The position numbers and the translations under genes are program-made. 64,000 nt of DNA from an uncultured Acidobacteriaceae bacterium (GTDB taxonomy: Bacteria; Acidobacteriota; Terriglobia; Terriglobales; Acidobacteriaceae), in the NCBI GenBank assembly GCA_963753715.1, contig CAVWDK010000010.1, forward strand, positions 61,564 to 125,563, read 5' to 3'. Below are positions 9,802-20,192 of the stretch, piece by piece. The notes under the pieces are model-generated. The model saw only the letters and a program-made list of their open reading frames with translations. It was not told the DNA's origin and did no database searches. Within the stretch, counting starts at the first letter, position 1. Every line of letters starts with the position of its first letter.

Positions 9802-10467
9802 ATGGCTCGCATGAACAACGCCACGCACTCAATACAGGAAAGCTATGACCGGCTCGCCGATGCGTACACCCGCCATCTCTTTGATGAACTCCTGAATAAG
9901 CCGCTCGATCGGGAGCTTCTGACTCGATTCGCTGCTGAAGTAGGAAGTGGCCAGGTTTGCGATATGGGATGCGGCCCCGGTCACATAGCCCGCTATCTGC
10001 ACGACGCAGGCGTCACCGTCTTTGGATTGGACCTTTCCAGCGCGATGTTGGAACAGGCGCGAAAACTCAGCCCTGACATTCGCTTCACCGAAGGAAATAT
10101 GTTGGCGCTTGATCTGGCGGATAGAACCCTGGCCGGGATTACGGCCTTTTATGCCATCGTGAATCTCGCGCCAGAATTACTGCCTCAAGTCTTTCGGGAA
10201 ATGGAGCGCGTGTTGCAGCCAGGCGCGAGGCTGTTGCTTTCGTTTCATATGGGCAATGAGATCGTCCAGGTAAAAGAATTATGGGATCAACCCATCGCGT
10301 TGGATTTCTACTTCTTCGACCCAGCCATAATCCAGCACCAGATAGAAAGTGCCGGGTTATGGATCGAAGAAGTTATCGAGCGAGGACCCTACGCGCCAGA
10401 GGTAGAGCATCAGAGTCGAAGGGCGTATATCTTTGCGCGCAAGCCTGACTCACGCAGTGAGCGATGA
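9802..10467 (+). CDS. Class I SAM-dependent methyltransferase
   Basis: 221-aa ORF with the motif I 'VCDMGCGPGHIARYL' and 'VFGLDLSSAML', typical of the Methyltransf_11/25 family. Confidence 0.85.
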   Translation: MARMNNATHSIQESYDRLADAYTRHLFDELLNKPLDRELLTRFAAEVGSGQVCDMGCGPGHIARYLHDAGVTVFGLDLSSAMLEQARKLSPDIRFTEGNMLALDLADRTLAGITAFYAIVNLAPELLPQVFREMERVLQPGARLLLSFHMGNEIVQVKELWDQPIALDFYFFDPAIIQHQIESAGLWIEEVIERGPYAPEVEHQSRRAYIFARKPDSRSER

Positions 10468-10692
10468 GCCATTGGGTGATACGGCCGGAGTACTAAAGAG
10501 CAGATCCCTGTAAGGGTAAAGAGCCGCGGTCCGCATTCTTAGCATTTCTGCGGTCAGGTCCGCTTCTGGGATGGAAGTGAAGCGCCCGTTCCAAACGTGG
10601 AACCATCCGGTGCTTCCTAACGTAGTAGGCACTGACAGACCCAGGTGCTCATCCCTGTGTGACCGATGGCAGGTCTGCTCGGAGGCCTACGC

Positions 10693-13173
10693 ATGGCAAG
10701 GTTCGATGACCAACTCAAGCAGGTTCTACGCAGGCTGAGCCGGGCGCCGCTGTTTACCGCGATTACGCTGATTACGCTGGCCGTGGGTGTGGGTGCGAAC
10801 ACAGTGATTTTTAGCGTAGTGGAAGGCGTGCTATTGAAGCCGCTGCCCTACCCCCATGCTGAGCAGTTGATCGGCGTGTGGCATACAGCGCCGGGGATCG
10901 GCATCAAGGAACTGAACATGTCGCCCTCTATCTATTTTATCGATCGCGAGCAAAATAGGACGTTCGAGGATATAGGCGCGTACAGCGGCGACTCGCTGAA
11001 TGTGACCGGCGCTGGAAAACCGGAACATGTGCAAGGGCTCGATGTCACCGACGGCGTGCTGCCGATCCTGGGGGTGACCCCGGCGGTGGGACGATTGTTC
11101 AACCGCAGGGACGATTCGGCAGGTGCGCCGCAGACCGTTGTGTTGTCCTACGGGTATTGGCAACGGAAGTTTGGCGGTGCATCTTCCATCGTTGGGCGCT
11201 CCATCACCGTCGATGGAAAGCCAAGAGAAATCATTGGCGTGCTGCCCCAGGGGTTTCGCTTTCTCGATGGACCGGATGATGCCGCTTTGTTCCTGCCTTT
11301 CCAATGGGATCGCAATAAGACGAAACTCGGCAATTTCAGTGAGAACGCGCTTGCCCGATTAAAGCCTGGAGTCACGATGGAACAGGCCAGCGCCGACATG
11401 GCGCGGCTGCTTCCTGTGGTCATGCGGAGTTTCCCGGCCCCGGAAGGATTCAGCAGCAGCATTTTTGAAAAAGCCCGGATCTCACCCAGCCTCCGTCCGC
11501 TCAAGCAGGACGTTGTCGGGAACGTGGGCAATGTGTTGTGGGTTCTCATGGGCTCGATCGTCCTGGTTCTGCTGGTCGCCTGCGCAAACGTCGCCAACTT
11601 ATTGCTGGTGCGGGTCGAAGGGCGCCGGCAGGAGCTTGCGATTCGCTCTGCCCTGGGCGCCGGCTGGGGACGGATCGCAGGCGAGTTGCTGTTCGAGAGC
11701 TTGGTCCTCGGCTTTGCCGGCAGTCTGCTCGGTCTGGTGTTAGCCTACGGCGGGTTGCGCCTTCTGGTTGCGATGGCCCCTACCGGCTTACCGCGGGTCC
11801 ATGAAATTGGCATTGATATCCCGGTGCTGCTCTTTACCCTCGCGCTTAGCCTGTTTACCAGTCTTCTCATCGGTTTCATCCCCGTCCTCAAGTATGCGGG
11901 GGCGACTGCGACCAGTGGCCTGCGCGAGGGCGGACGCGCGCTGAGCCAAAGCCGCGAACGGCATCGCGCTCGCAAGACGCTGGTCGTTGTCCAGGTGGCG
12001 CTTGCCCTGGTCCTGCTGATCTGCTCCGGGCTGATGATCCGTACGTTCCGCGCCTTGATGCACGTGTCTCCTGGTTTCGTGGCACCCGATGCAGTACAAA
12101 TATTCCGCTTTTACATTCCGGAAACGCAGATACCGGACGCTCAACCGGAGCGCGTCGTACGGATGGATGAAGAGATTTTGCATAAGCTCGCAACGATTCC
12201 GGGAGTTTCTTCGGTCAGTTTCTCGACTGCGGTTCCTATGGAAGGACGAAGTTCGAACGATCTCGTGTTTGCGCAGGACCATGTGTATGGCGAGGGTGAG
12301 CTACCGCCGATACGCCGGTTCAAATTCGTCTCGCCTGGGTTCTTCGCGACACTGGGCACGCAGATCCTTGCCGGGCGGGATCTTACTTGGACAGACACCT
12401 ATCAGAAACGACCGGTCGCGATTATCTCGGAGGATTTTGCCCGCCAGTATTGGCATGACCCGCAGAACGCACTGGGCAAGAGGATTCGAGCGGGGAACAC
12501 CGACGACTGGCGGGAGATTGTTGGGGTGGTTCAGGACGTGCACGATGACGGTGTGGACCAGGCCGCGCCCAGCTCGGTGTACTGGCCAGTCATGATGGAC
12601 CGTTTCGAGGGGGAAAAACAGACACTGCGGCGTGATCTTGCATTCGCAGTGCGTAGCCCGCGCGCCGGCTCTCGCAGCTTCATGAACGAGGTACAGGAGC
12701 GAGTCTGGTCCGTCGATGCCGATGTACCCGTGGCCGATGTTTCCACACTCGGCACGCTCTACACGAAATCCATGGCGCGAACTTCCTTTACCCTGGTGAT
12801 GCTCTGCGTCGCGGGAAGCATGGCCCTGCTGCTCGGGATCGTGGGAATCTACGGAGTCATTTCGTATGCGGTGTCGCAGCGCACACGCGAGATCGGCATT
12901 CGCATGGCACTGGGTGCTCAGCGGGAGACGCTGACGGCGATGTTTGTGCGCCAGGGATTGCGGCTCACCCTCATGGGTGCGGCGTGCGGTCTGGTCACTG
13001 CCTTTGTCAGCATGCGCCTTATGTCGTCGATTCTGTTCAATGTGAGCCCTGTCGACCCGATCACCTACATCACCATCACCATTGGCGTAGTTGCGGTTGC
13101 GTATCTTGCCTGCTATTTGCCGTCCCGCCGCGCGGCGACGGTCGAACCTATGGAAGCACTCAGAACCGAGTAG
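10693..13173 (+). CDS. ADOP family duplicated permease (MacB-like ABC transporter permease, two FtsX domains), intact
   Basis: The N-terminus 'RRLSRAPLFTAITLITLAVGVGANTVIFSVVEGVLLKPLPYP' and the two repeated halves, each ending in an FtsX-type 4-TM block ('REIGIRMALGAQ...'), match this family. ATG 10693 matches family N-termini, and the ORF is open from 10666. No adjacent PadR gene is present. Confidence 0.85.
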   Translation: MARFDDQLKQVLRRLSRAPLFTAITLITLAVGVGANTVIFSVVEGVLLKPLPYPHAEQLIGVWHTAPGIGIKELNMSPSIYFIDREQNRTFEDIGAYSGDSLNVTGAGKPEHVQGLDVTDGVLPILGVTPAVGRLFNRRDDSAGAPQTVVLSYGYWQRKFGGASSIVGRSITVDGKPREIIGVLPQGFRFLDGPDDAALFLPFQWDRNKTKLGNFSENALARLKPGVTMEQASADMARLLPVVMRSFPAPEGFSSSIFEKARISPSLRPLKQDVVGNVGNVLWVLMGSIVLVLLVACANVANLLLVRVEGRRQELAIRSALGAGWGRIAGELLFESLVLGFAGSLLGLVLAYGGLRLLVAMAPTGLPRVHEIGIDIPVLLFTLALSLFTSLLIGFIPVLKYAGATATSGLREGGRALSQSRERHRARKTLVVVQVALALVLLICSGLMIRTFRALMHVSPGFVAPDAVQIFRFYIPETQIPDAQPERVVRMDEEILHKLATIPGVSSVSFSTAVPMEGRSSNDLVFAQDHVYGEGELPPIRRFKFVSPGFFATLGTQILAGRDLTWTDTYQKRPVAIISEDFARQYWHDPQNALGKRIRAGNTDDWREIVGVVQDVHDDGVDQAAPSSVYWPVMMDRFEGEKQTLRRDLAFAVRSPRAGSRSFMNEVQERVWSVDADVPVADVSTLGTLYTKSMARTSFTLVMLCVAGSMALLLGIVGIYGVISYAVSQRTREIGIRMALGAQRETLTAMFVRQGLRLTLMGAACGLVTAFVSMRLMSSILFNVSPVDPITYITITIGVVAVAYLACYLPSRRAATVEPMEALRTE

Positions 13174-13541
13174 CCATCAGACTTGTCCAAATTAGATTGG
13201 CCGCGGATGCCGGCGGATTTGATTTCGTAACCGCTCCCGGTGGTTCACCGCGGAGCGAAAGGTGTAACGACCAGCGTCAGCAGGTGTTCCAGGGCAACTG
13301 CGCTTAGGGAACGGAACCGAAGAGGGTCAAGCTTGCCCTGCCAGACGCCAAATCTGGCCTTTTTCCCTCTTTGGAAAGGCATAAAGCACCTTGCCCTATT
13401 CTTTCCCAATCTAGATGGACTATATTGTCCACACGCCAAACCGGGAGGAGAGATCTCCCCCCGGTTCGGTGCGCAGATTCTGCGGAATACCGCGGGTTTT
13501 GCCACGCAACCGGGACGCATTAAAGAGGTCAGGAGGCAGTC

Positions 13542-13994
13542 ATGAGAATCTCCGACACAATTGGACTGGTGCTGAAGAGCAAAGAGAAAAACAGGGTTCT
13601 TTCGATAGAACCCGACCAAACGGTCTACGAAGCACTCGAAAAAATGGCCGAGTACGATGTTGGCGCTTTATTGGTGCTTTCGAACCGCCACCTGGTCGGA
13701 ATTCTTTCGGAGCGTGACTATGCGCGCAAAGGAATTCTGATCGGCCAGTCTGCCCGGGAAACCCGGGTTCACCAGATCATGACCAGCCCGGTCTTTTTCG
13801 TCAGTCCCCAACACACCGTAGACGAGTGCATGACGATTATGACCCAACACCGTTTTCGCCATCTTCCCGTCCTGCTGGATGAAGCGGTGGTGGGACTGGT
13901 CTCGATCGGCGACCTGGTGAAATGGGTCATCTCGGGTCAGGCACAAACCATCCAGGCATTGGAGGGCTACATCACGGGTGCTTATCCGGGGTAG
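13542..13994 (+). CDS. CBS domain-containing protein
   Basis: 150-aa ORF with GGAGG upstream and two CBS repeats ('[20 protein letters not shown]', '[21 protein letters not shown]'). Confidence 0.85.
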   Translation: MRISDTIGLVLKSKEKNRVLSIEPDQTVYEALEKMAEYDVGALLVLSNRHLVGILSERDYARKGILIGQSARETRVHQIMTSPVFFVSPQHTVDECMTIMTQHRFRHLPVLLDEAVVGLVSIGDLVKWVISGQAQTIQALEGYITGAYPG

Positions 13995-14456
13995 CTCCGA
14001 CAGTTGGAACGCCTTAGCGATGGAGATTCTTGATCGCTACGTTGCTTGTGCGCCAAATCTTCCAGGACAACTGTCACTTTCATCTGCGACGGCACTCCGC
14101 CAGGCAATTGCCGTGTTGGACTGCCTTCGCCACATCGCAGTTACATATTACGAACGCGTCGACCCAACCCAGGGCGCGCGAGAATCTCGACTCGATGCAG
14201 CGTAGGCTGTCCCACTGAGATGACGCCCTGCCTCAGGCGTATGACCCGCCCTAGGACATTTGCCCTATCCACCAAAAGGAGAACCCAGCCTTCCATGCTT
14301 TTTAGTTGAATATTCGGCAGTCTGAAGATAAGTTTGAGGTCTGCAGGTCGTTGTTCCGCAAGTCGTTCACAGCTTATTTCCATTGGGCCCGTTCGCGATT
14401 GGAAAAGTAAATGGGGCGATAAGAACATACGAGATTTTCTTTGAGGAGGATGTGCC

Positions 14457-17400
14457 GTGAAAATCAGGGATCTTTTCATTTGTTTGATAGTTGGACTATT
14501 TGCCGCCGGAGCGCCGGCGCAAATTGCCAACAATACTTCGCTGGTGGGAACCGTGCTTGATTCGAGCGGTGCCGCCTTGGCCGGGGTCAATGTGGAAGCG
14601 GTCGAAGAGGGAACAAAGTTTAGCTACACCGCGACCACCAACTCCAGCGGCTACTATGCCATTACCTTTATCAAGGCGGGCACCTACGACATCACCGTTC
14701 GCCAAACGGGGTTTAAGACCGCGACGAAGACAGGCATACCCCTCCCCAATGACCAGGCTGTGCGTACTGATTTCGCGCTGGCAGTCGGTGCGACCACCGA
14801 CACGGTGAGCGTTTCGGCTTCCACACCACCGCTCGCGACGGACGACGCGACGCTGGGCGAGACCTTCAGCACAAAAATGGTCGAGAGCCTGCCGATCAAT
14901 GGACATAACGCTCTCGAAATTGCAGCTCTCTCCTCGAATGTAGTCATCGGGTCGAAGACGTCGTACACCGGCGTACCTCCAGGAGAAGATTTCCAGGGCG
15001 CGGGCCAGCGCGAGATCCAAAACAGCCTTACGCTCGATGGCGTTTCGATCATGAACAATCTGATCACCACCGCACCGGCGCGTCCCAGCAGCGATGTCAT
15101 CTCTGAAGTACAAATGCAAAGTGGTAACTACCCGGCTCAGTATGGAGCGTATCTGGGGATACACATCAACCTCGTCAGCAAGAGCGGCACCAACGAAATC
15201 CATGGCTCCCTGTACGACTACGTCGAGAACACTATCTTCAATGCCAAGCCGTTTCTGGCCACACCCACCAGCAAGAAACCTCCTCTTCACTACAACCAAT
15301 ACGGTTTCGCGCTGGGTGGTCCCGTCGTTATACCCAAGCTTTATAACGGGCGCGACAAGACCTTCGTTTTTGGCTCCTGGGAAAAACTGTCTCAGGTGGG
15401 TTCAAACACGAACGTCGGTTCTGTACTCACGCCGGCGATGGAGAAGGGAGATTTTTCTGCGCTCGGCGGATTTAACGTCACCAGCAACACCTGCGTTCCG
15501 AACAACGGAGTTGCCATTTGCCTGAAGGATCCAAGCACCGGGACCTACTATCCCGGGAATCAGATACCCGCCAGTGAATTGGGCAGTGCCAGTGCCCTGA
15601 TTGCGCAAAAGCTTGAGGCCTATTCCGTCGCCCCCAATGTAGCCGGCACGCAGAACGGAACCGTCAACAATCTCAATGCTTCCTATCCCGACCGACGTGT
15701 CGATCACCCAGTCTCTGGATCGTATCGATGAAAATATCGGCGAGCATATCCGGCTGTTTGGGCGCCTCCACTGGCAGAACCTGAAGATCGTCGGCGGAAC
15801 GCTGCTTCCCACCGGCTCCTCCTTCGGCCCAACCAACAGCCGCAACTACGCGTTCGGATACACCCACGTCCTCACGCCCGACCTTGGTCAACGATTTCCA
15901 CTTCGGAGTCAACAAACTCATCTCCAACAATCTGAACTATTGGGCGGAAAACAGTCTGAAGAATGCGGGAACCAGCCTTGGGATTCCCGGGTTCAACTTC
16001 GACACGCAATATGGCAATCCTGGAATTCCCGTCATCACCTTTGGCAGCTCGGGCGGCGGGGTTTCCGGTAACTACCAGACGCTGGGCAATGCCGGCAGCA
16101 ACTGGTACCAGGACGACCGGAACCTATGATTTCTACGATGAGCTCAGCTGGACCCACGGCAGGCACACCATCATGGGTGGAGTGGAATTCCGCAAGTCTG
16201 ACGCTCGGCCGCGAGGCCTCGAACAATCCGCTGGGACTGTTCAATTTCGCTGCCGGCACCGCCGGATCCAATTCCACCGGCTACGCGACCGCGGACTTTG
16301 TTCTCGGACTGGCAGCGAACGATCAGACGCCGATCGCCACCATCAAGGGTTCTGTTGGGCAGTGGCGCGATGGCTTCTTTGCCCTGGATAACTGGCAAGC
16401 GACGCAGAGACTTACCATCAATTACGGCCTTCGCTACGATCTACCCACCGTGCCCTACAGCCTGAACGGTTTCGCGCGCATTCTGAATGCCGACGAGACA
16501 GCTCTGATCCCTCCATCGAGCGCGACTTCAGGCGCGACCTTTGTCCCCACGCCGGGCTTCAAATTTCAAAATCCTCAGCACGATAACTGGGGACCGCGCA
16601 TCGGTCTCGCCTATCGTGCGACCGAGAAGCTGGTTCTCCGCGGCGGATTCGGCGCTTATTACAATGCGAACCAGTTGAACAGCTATACGTTGGCAACCGG
16701 CAACTATCCCTTTGCCGCTACCGTGAACTACACCACCTCGCCGACTAATTTGCTTACCTTCACCAACCCGACGCCAGGTGCCGGCTAGGCGGCTCCCGTG
16801 GCCGGGTATCCCGGGAACTTATGTGAGCACCTTCACCGACAACCCCAATAACAAGACAGCGCGCAGCTATCAATGGAATGTCGACGCAGGCTATGGCCTC
16901 TGGACCGGCGCCGGCTGGACGTGGAATACCTGGGCTCGCATTCGATTCACCTGGATCGTAGCTTCTACGACAATCAGCCTCTTACTCCGGGACCTCCGGG
17001 AACGCTCAACGCCCGGCGTCCGAATCAACTCTTCGGCGAAATTCGCAAAATTCAGAATGACATGTACTCCAACTACAACGCGCTGACAGTGGTCCTGCGC
17101 CAACGCACCTACCACCAGGTAGCCGGGCAGGTCAGCTACACCTGGCCCACGACCTGGATGTCACCGCCGACTCCAACAATGGCGGAACAACTTCGCAGCA
17201 ATTCAATCCCACCGCGGACTATGGCAATGCCAACTGGGACATTCGCAACCGCGTGGTTGGGGTCATCACCTATTCTCTTCCCACATTCAATGGGTCCAAT
17301 CTTCTGGTTCGTGAAACCCTCGGTGGATGGGCGGTCAACGGGATCGTCAATGTGCAATCCGGTCTTGCCGTTCAATGTTACGTTGAGCTATCAAAGTGCC

Positions 17401-17781
17401 GGGGCTAGCCAGGGGACCCAACGGCCAAACTTTGTCCATGCGACTCATGCCAATTGCGGCCTGAAAAACTACATTCATAACAACGCGACTCCCTGCATCG
17501 ACCCCACCGCGTACACGCTGCCGGCGAACATCAGTGGCAACCAATATGCCTTTGGCAACTCGCGAGAAATCGTTGGCTACGGTCCTGGATTCTCCTACCA
17601 GAACATTTCCCTTTTCAAGAACTTTGATATCTACGAGCGGATGAGGTTTCAATTCCGCGCCGAGGCGTTTAACGTCTTCAACCACCCCAGCGCCGGCACT
17701 CCAAATGCGGTGATCGGGACGAGCTCCGCCGCCGTCTCCCAACCTGTCTACTGCGACTTCGGCACGGTGACGAGTGTGTAG
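14457..17781 (+). pseudogene. TonB-dependent receptor (carboxypeptidase-regulatory-like N-domain type), broken by at least eight frameshifts
   Basis: Receptor-like sequence can be followed continuously only by hopping between frames. The switches fall near 15690, 15885, 16115, 16195, 16790, 16915, 17145 and 17365. It starts 'NTSLVGTVLDSSGAALAGVNVEAV...' after a signal peptide and ends with the family C-terminal barrel strand 'FQFRAEAFNVFNHP'. The ORF-track pieces are 14457-15731, 15676-16071, 15884-16129, 15963-16391, 16126-16788, 16778-17086 and 16873-17781. Confidence 0.8.
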
Positions 17782-17882
17782 CAGATTCCCGGCACTTTAA
17801 GCGGCGCCCGTGTTCTCTCGCTCTCCGGGAAGATTGATCTTCTAACCACGAGGACCCTCGGCCGGTTAGGGAAAAGTCTTCG

Positions 17883-17922
17883 GGCGAAGGGCACGGCTTC
17901 AGCTGAATCCGTGCCCTTCGCC
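17883..17922 (+). terminator. Perfect 14-bp stem hairpin downstream of the receptor pseudogene (REP-like or terminator-like)
   Basis: GGCGAAGGGCACGG (17883-17896) and CCGTGCCCTTCGCC (17909-17922) are exact reverse complements around a 12-nt loop. The downstream T-tract is weak (ggaatttatt). Confidence 0.45.
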
Positions 17923-18068
17923 GGAATTTATTCGCAACCTGTGCTCCCCGGGACTGTCCTTAAGCGCATCCACTCTTTCCCCGCCCTCTTCTTGAAGATC
18001 AGGAGGAACCGAGCTATTCTCCTTAAGGTCGCGGGATGACAAAAGGGCGTTAGAACGAACCGATGCAA

Positions 18069-18578
18069 ATCTGGTCCCGGAGGGACGGCTGAACTTCAGA
18101 CTTGTCCAAATTGAGATTTGAGAAACGGTCTCGGTCCAGCAACCATAGCCTATGGAACCGCCACCTTTTCCTTTGTCATCCCGAAGCGGAGCTGAGCGGA
18201 TCTGCAGTTCCACGGACCTTTTCTGGAAACACGGACACCATGCTCAAGCAGAATTGTCATCTCGCCCGCCCCGGGGGTGCCGTGGGATCTGCCGTTTTCC
18301 TTTAGTCCTCGCTCAATCGCTAAACCCCTTGTAGTGCGCGTACTCGCGGTGCCCTGCGTTTATCAGGCAACTCTAAAATTCGCGCCATCTATGCAGCGCC
18401 GATCAACAGGGCGACCTGATTTTGTTCCGCCGAATTCTCCTCAACGCAGTCAACAAGTTACATCGTCAAAAAGTCGATTCTTCCGCTAATTTGGACAGCT
18501 CTGGCTGAACTTAGCCCAGGACGCAGTCCTGGGTAACCAGCCACCATCGGAAAAGTCCCGGAGGGACGGCTGAAGCAT
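18069..18578 (+). mobile_element. Composite ~510-bp repeat, copy 1, containing a MITE-like TIR-bounded core
   Basis: It is ~98% identical by eye (about 7 differences over the central ~465 bp) to 32164-32668 in the same orientation. The core 18097-18503 is bounded by imperfect terminal inverted repeats CAGACTTGTCCAAATT / AATTTGGACAGCTCTG (14 of 16 positions). The core is flanked by a direct GGCTGAACTT duplication (18087-18096 and 18503-18512). There is no transposase ORF inside. Confidence 0.7.
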
Positions 18579-18925
18579 TTGTTGATACATGGTCATGGAT
18601 TCGCGAAGCGATATGGGATTGCCTGCGGGTAACTTCCAGCCGTGCGAACCTGCGCTTTCCCGTGGCCACGCCCGCCTCATCTCGATCAAACCAAAAGTAA
18701 CCCCCGAAAGGGTAGCCGCCAGCTCAAAAATAAGTCCCGGCACTTACCCGTTATCCCGAAGCGTTATAGCCTGTAAGTAGACGATATCGGCAGGCAGCGG
18801 GTTCTCGCATCTCCGCTCCCTGGCCGGCAGTTGCCGGTAGCTTCGGCCTACACGCGAGCGAAGGACAGTGTGATAACTGTCCGGTGTCTCACTTGGTCCC
18901 TGTCTCAAATCAAGCGTTCACAACC

Positions 18926-18949
18926 ATCCCGCCGCGGCGGGATTTTTTA
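18926..18949 (+). terminator. Strong intrinsic terminator with no annotated gene upstream
   Basis: ATCCCGCCGCGGCGGGAT is a perfect GC-rich 8-bp stem with a 2-nt centre, followed immediately by TTTTTTATT. The T-run is present only on the + strand. Confidence 0.65.
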
Positions 18950-19069
18950 TTGCTTCCCCCAGCAGGAAAACCGCACGACCTCGGCAGACCCCCGCCAGAC
19001 CACAGTTACTTATCAACCGCTCGAAAAACCTGTCCCTATCTTCTCTTTCTCAACGCCAAGGAGCCACCG

Positions 19070-19736
19070 ATGCCCAAAAATCAAGTCAGCGACCTCATCA
19101 CCGATCAGGAAATAGCCTTTGTCCACCTGACCCTCTCTGGAAGCATGACCGACCGTGCTGCCGCCCAAGCTGTCGGCCTCAACCCCGACGCTGCCGCCTA
19201 CACCAAAGCCAAACCCTGTGTCCGCGCCTACATGGACGTGCACCGCGCTGCCGTTCAGCCAACAGCTCGTCGAACAGGAAACCGAGGGACTCCCTCGGAA
19301 AAACCAGTGGCGCCAACAAGTCCTGGACCGCCTCTGGGAAATCGCCAACCTGCCCGCCGAAGTTACCCGCGGCAGCATTTCCGGCCAAGTCAAAGCCATC
19401 TCCATGATCGTGGCCATCGAAGGCCTGATCCCTGACCGGCGCTCCGGCTCCAAGAACAACCAACCCGCCCCTCCGCCGTCCGACCCCGATATCTATCCCG
19501 CCGCATGGCTGGCCGGGCAGCAGCGAAAAACTATCGACCCCCAGCCAGGTCCTGCACTTGTTGACGAAGAAGATAAGTCTAACCTCGTCGACCCCGAAAC
19601 CGCTCACGGCTCGGCTGAACCCAGCAGCTTCGCGAACCGCCCTAGCTCCTCGGAACCAACGCCATCGGCGCCTTCTGCTCCAGACACCAGGGTCCCCTTC
19701 TCTATAAAAAAGAACCCCTTTGCCCGGCGCCGCTGA
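19070..19736 (+). pseudogene. Phage terminase small subunit-like (HTH) gene with one frameshift
   Basis: ATG 19070 has AAGGAG upstream. The N-terminus 'LITDQEIAFVHLTLSGSMTDRAAAQAVGLNPDAAAYTKAKPCVRAYM' has the terS/Terminase_2-like HTH pattern. Sensible sequence continues in another frame from about 19255 ('QQLVEQETEG...VLDRLWEIANLPAE...AISMIVAIEGLIPD') to the stop at 19736. An extra C in 'cagccaacag' would explain the shift. Confidence 0.5.
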
Positions 19737-19740
19737 CCTC

Positions 19741-19820
19741 ACTCATCCCCAACGCGCCAAAACAGCAAAAAAACATCGAATTTTATCGAATTTTATGAAA
19801 TTTCAACTGAGAGGATACCC
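19741..19820 (+). repeat. ~80-bp direct repeat, copy A (contains tandem TCGAATTTTA x2)
   Basis: ACTCATCCCCAACGCGCCAAAACAGCAAAAAAACATCGAATTTTATCGAATTTTATGAAA...GAGAGGATACCC aligns with 19996-20067 at about 80% identity by eye. Confidence 0.7.
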
Positions 19821-19995
19821 CTATAACGAGCAAAGCTCCTTTGGAGGACGTATTTAGACTTTGTGTCAGGGCACGACTTTGAGTCGGGCCCGGCAATGAG
19901 CGAACCGATGAGGGCTTAGAGTCTGCCTAAGAAGCTGGACAGCTTCTCCCCCGCTTCGATCTCGCAGCGCATTCTGTTCATTGGGAAACCCACCC

Positions 19996-20067
19996 ACTCA
20001 ATCCAAACGCGCCAAAACAGCCAAAAAACATCGAATTTTACGAAAATCTCCAATCGAGGGGATACCC
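19996..20067 (+). repeat. ~80-bp direct repeat, copy B
   Basis: ACTCAATCCAAACGCGCCAAAACAGCCAAAAAACATCGAATTTTACGAAAA...GAGGGGATACCC. It has the same orientation as copy A and begins 255 bp downstream of copy A's start. Confidence 0.7.
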
Positions 20068-20192
20068 ATTGAACAAACAAAACTGCTCGCGGATGACGAT
20101 AGTCGGGCGTACACCCGGCCCTTCCTCCAGCCTCTCTCCTTGACAGCTTAGGAGTAACCGGCGTACTCTCCTTATCATCTTAGGAGGGCGCG

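Noticed and set aside
10468-10692. A possible relic of a PadR gene upstream of the intact ADOP permease (minus-strand 'RTAALYPYRDLL' resembles the PadR 'GxLYPxLxRLE' motif).
   Set aside because: The match is only about 12 residues, it is on the opposite strand to the expected arrangement, and no surrounding winged-helix sequence is present.
13978-14205. A 75-aa ORF overlapping the end of the CBS gene (possible 61-aa protein from ATG 14020).
   Set aside because: It has no RBS, no recognisable motif and no composition signal. The support is insufficient to call a gene.
14141-14300. The minus-strand peptide 'MEGWVLLLVDRANVLGRVIRL...' resembling the start of a response-regulator receiver domain.
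   Set aside because: The ORF stops after about 50 codons. I could not follow any receiver motifs (DD, T/S, K) into other frames. The resemblance is probably chance in a promoter-proximal spacer.
17899-18213. ORFs encoding near-identical peptides ('MELQIRSAPLRDDKGKGGGSIGYGCWTETV...', 'MSKLRFEKRSRSSNHSLWNRH...') at 17899-18213, 18102-18305, 32195-32512 and the upstream half of 31647-32306.
   Set aside because: They lie entirely within the duplicated ~510-bp repeat and REP units. Their identity reflects DNA repeat identity, and they lack RBSs or protein-like features.
19741-20067. A possible CRISPR array, given repeated short sequences here and the many repeats elsewhere.
   Set aside because: There are only two copies here, of about 80 bp and imperfect. 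Elsewhere the repeats are hairpin REPs in mixed orientation with irregular spacing. No regular repeat-spacer periodicity exists and no cas genes are present.
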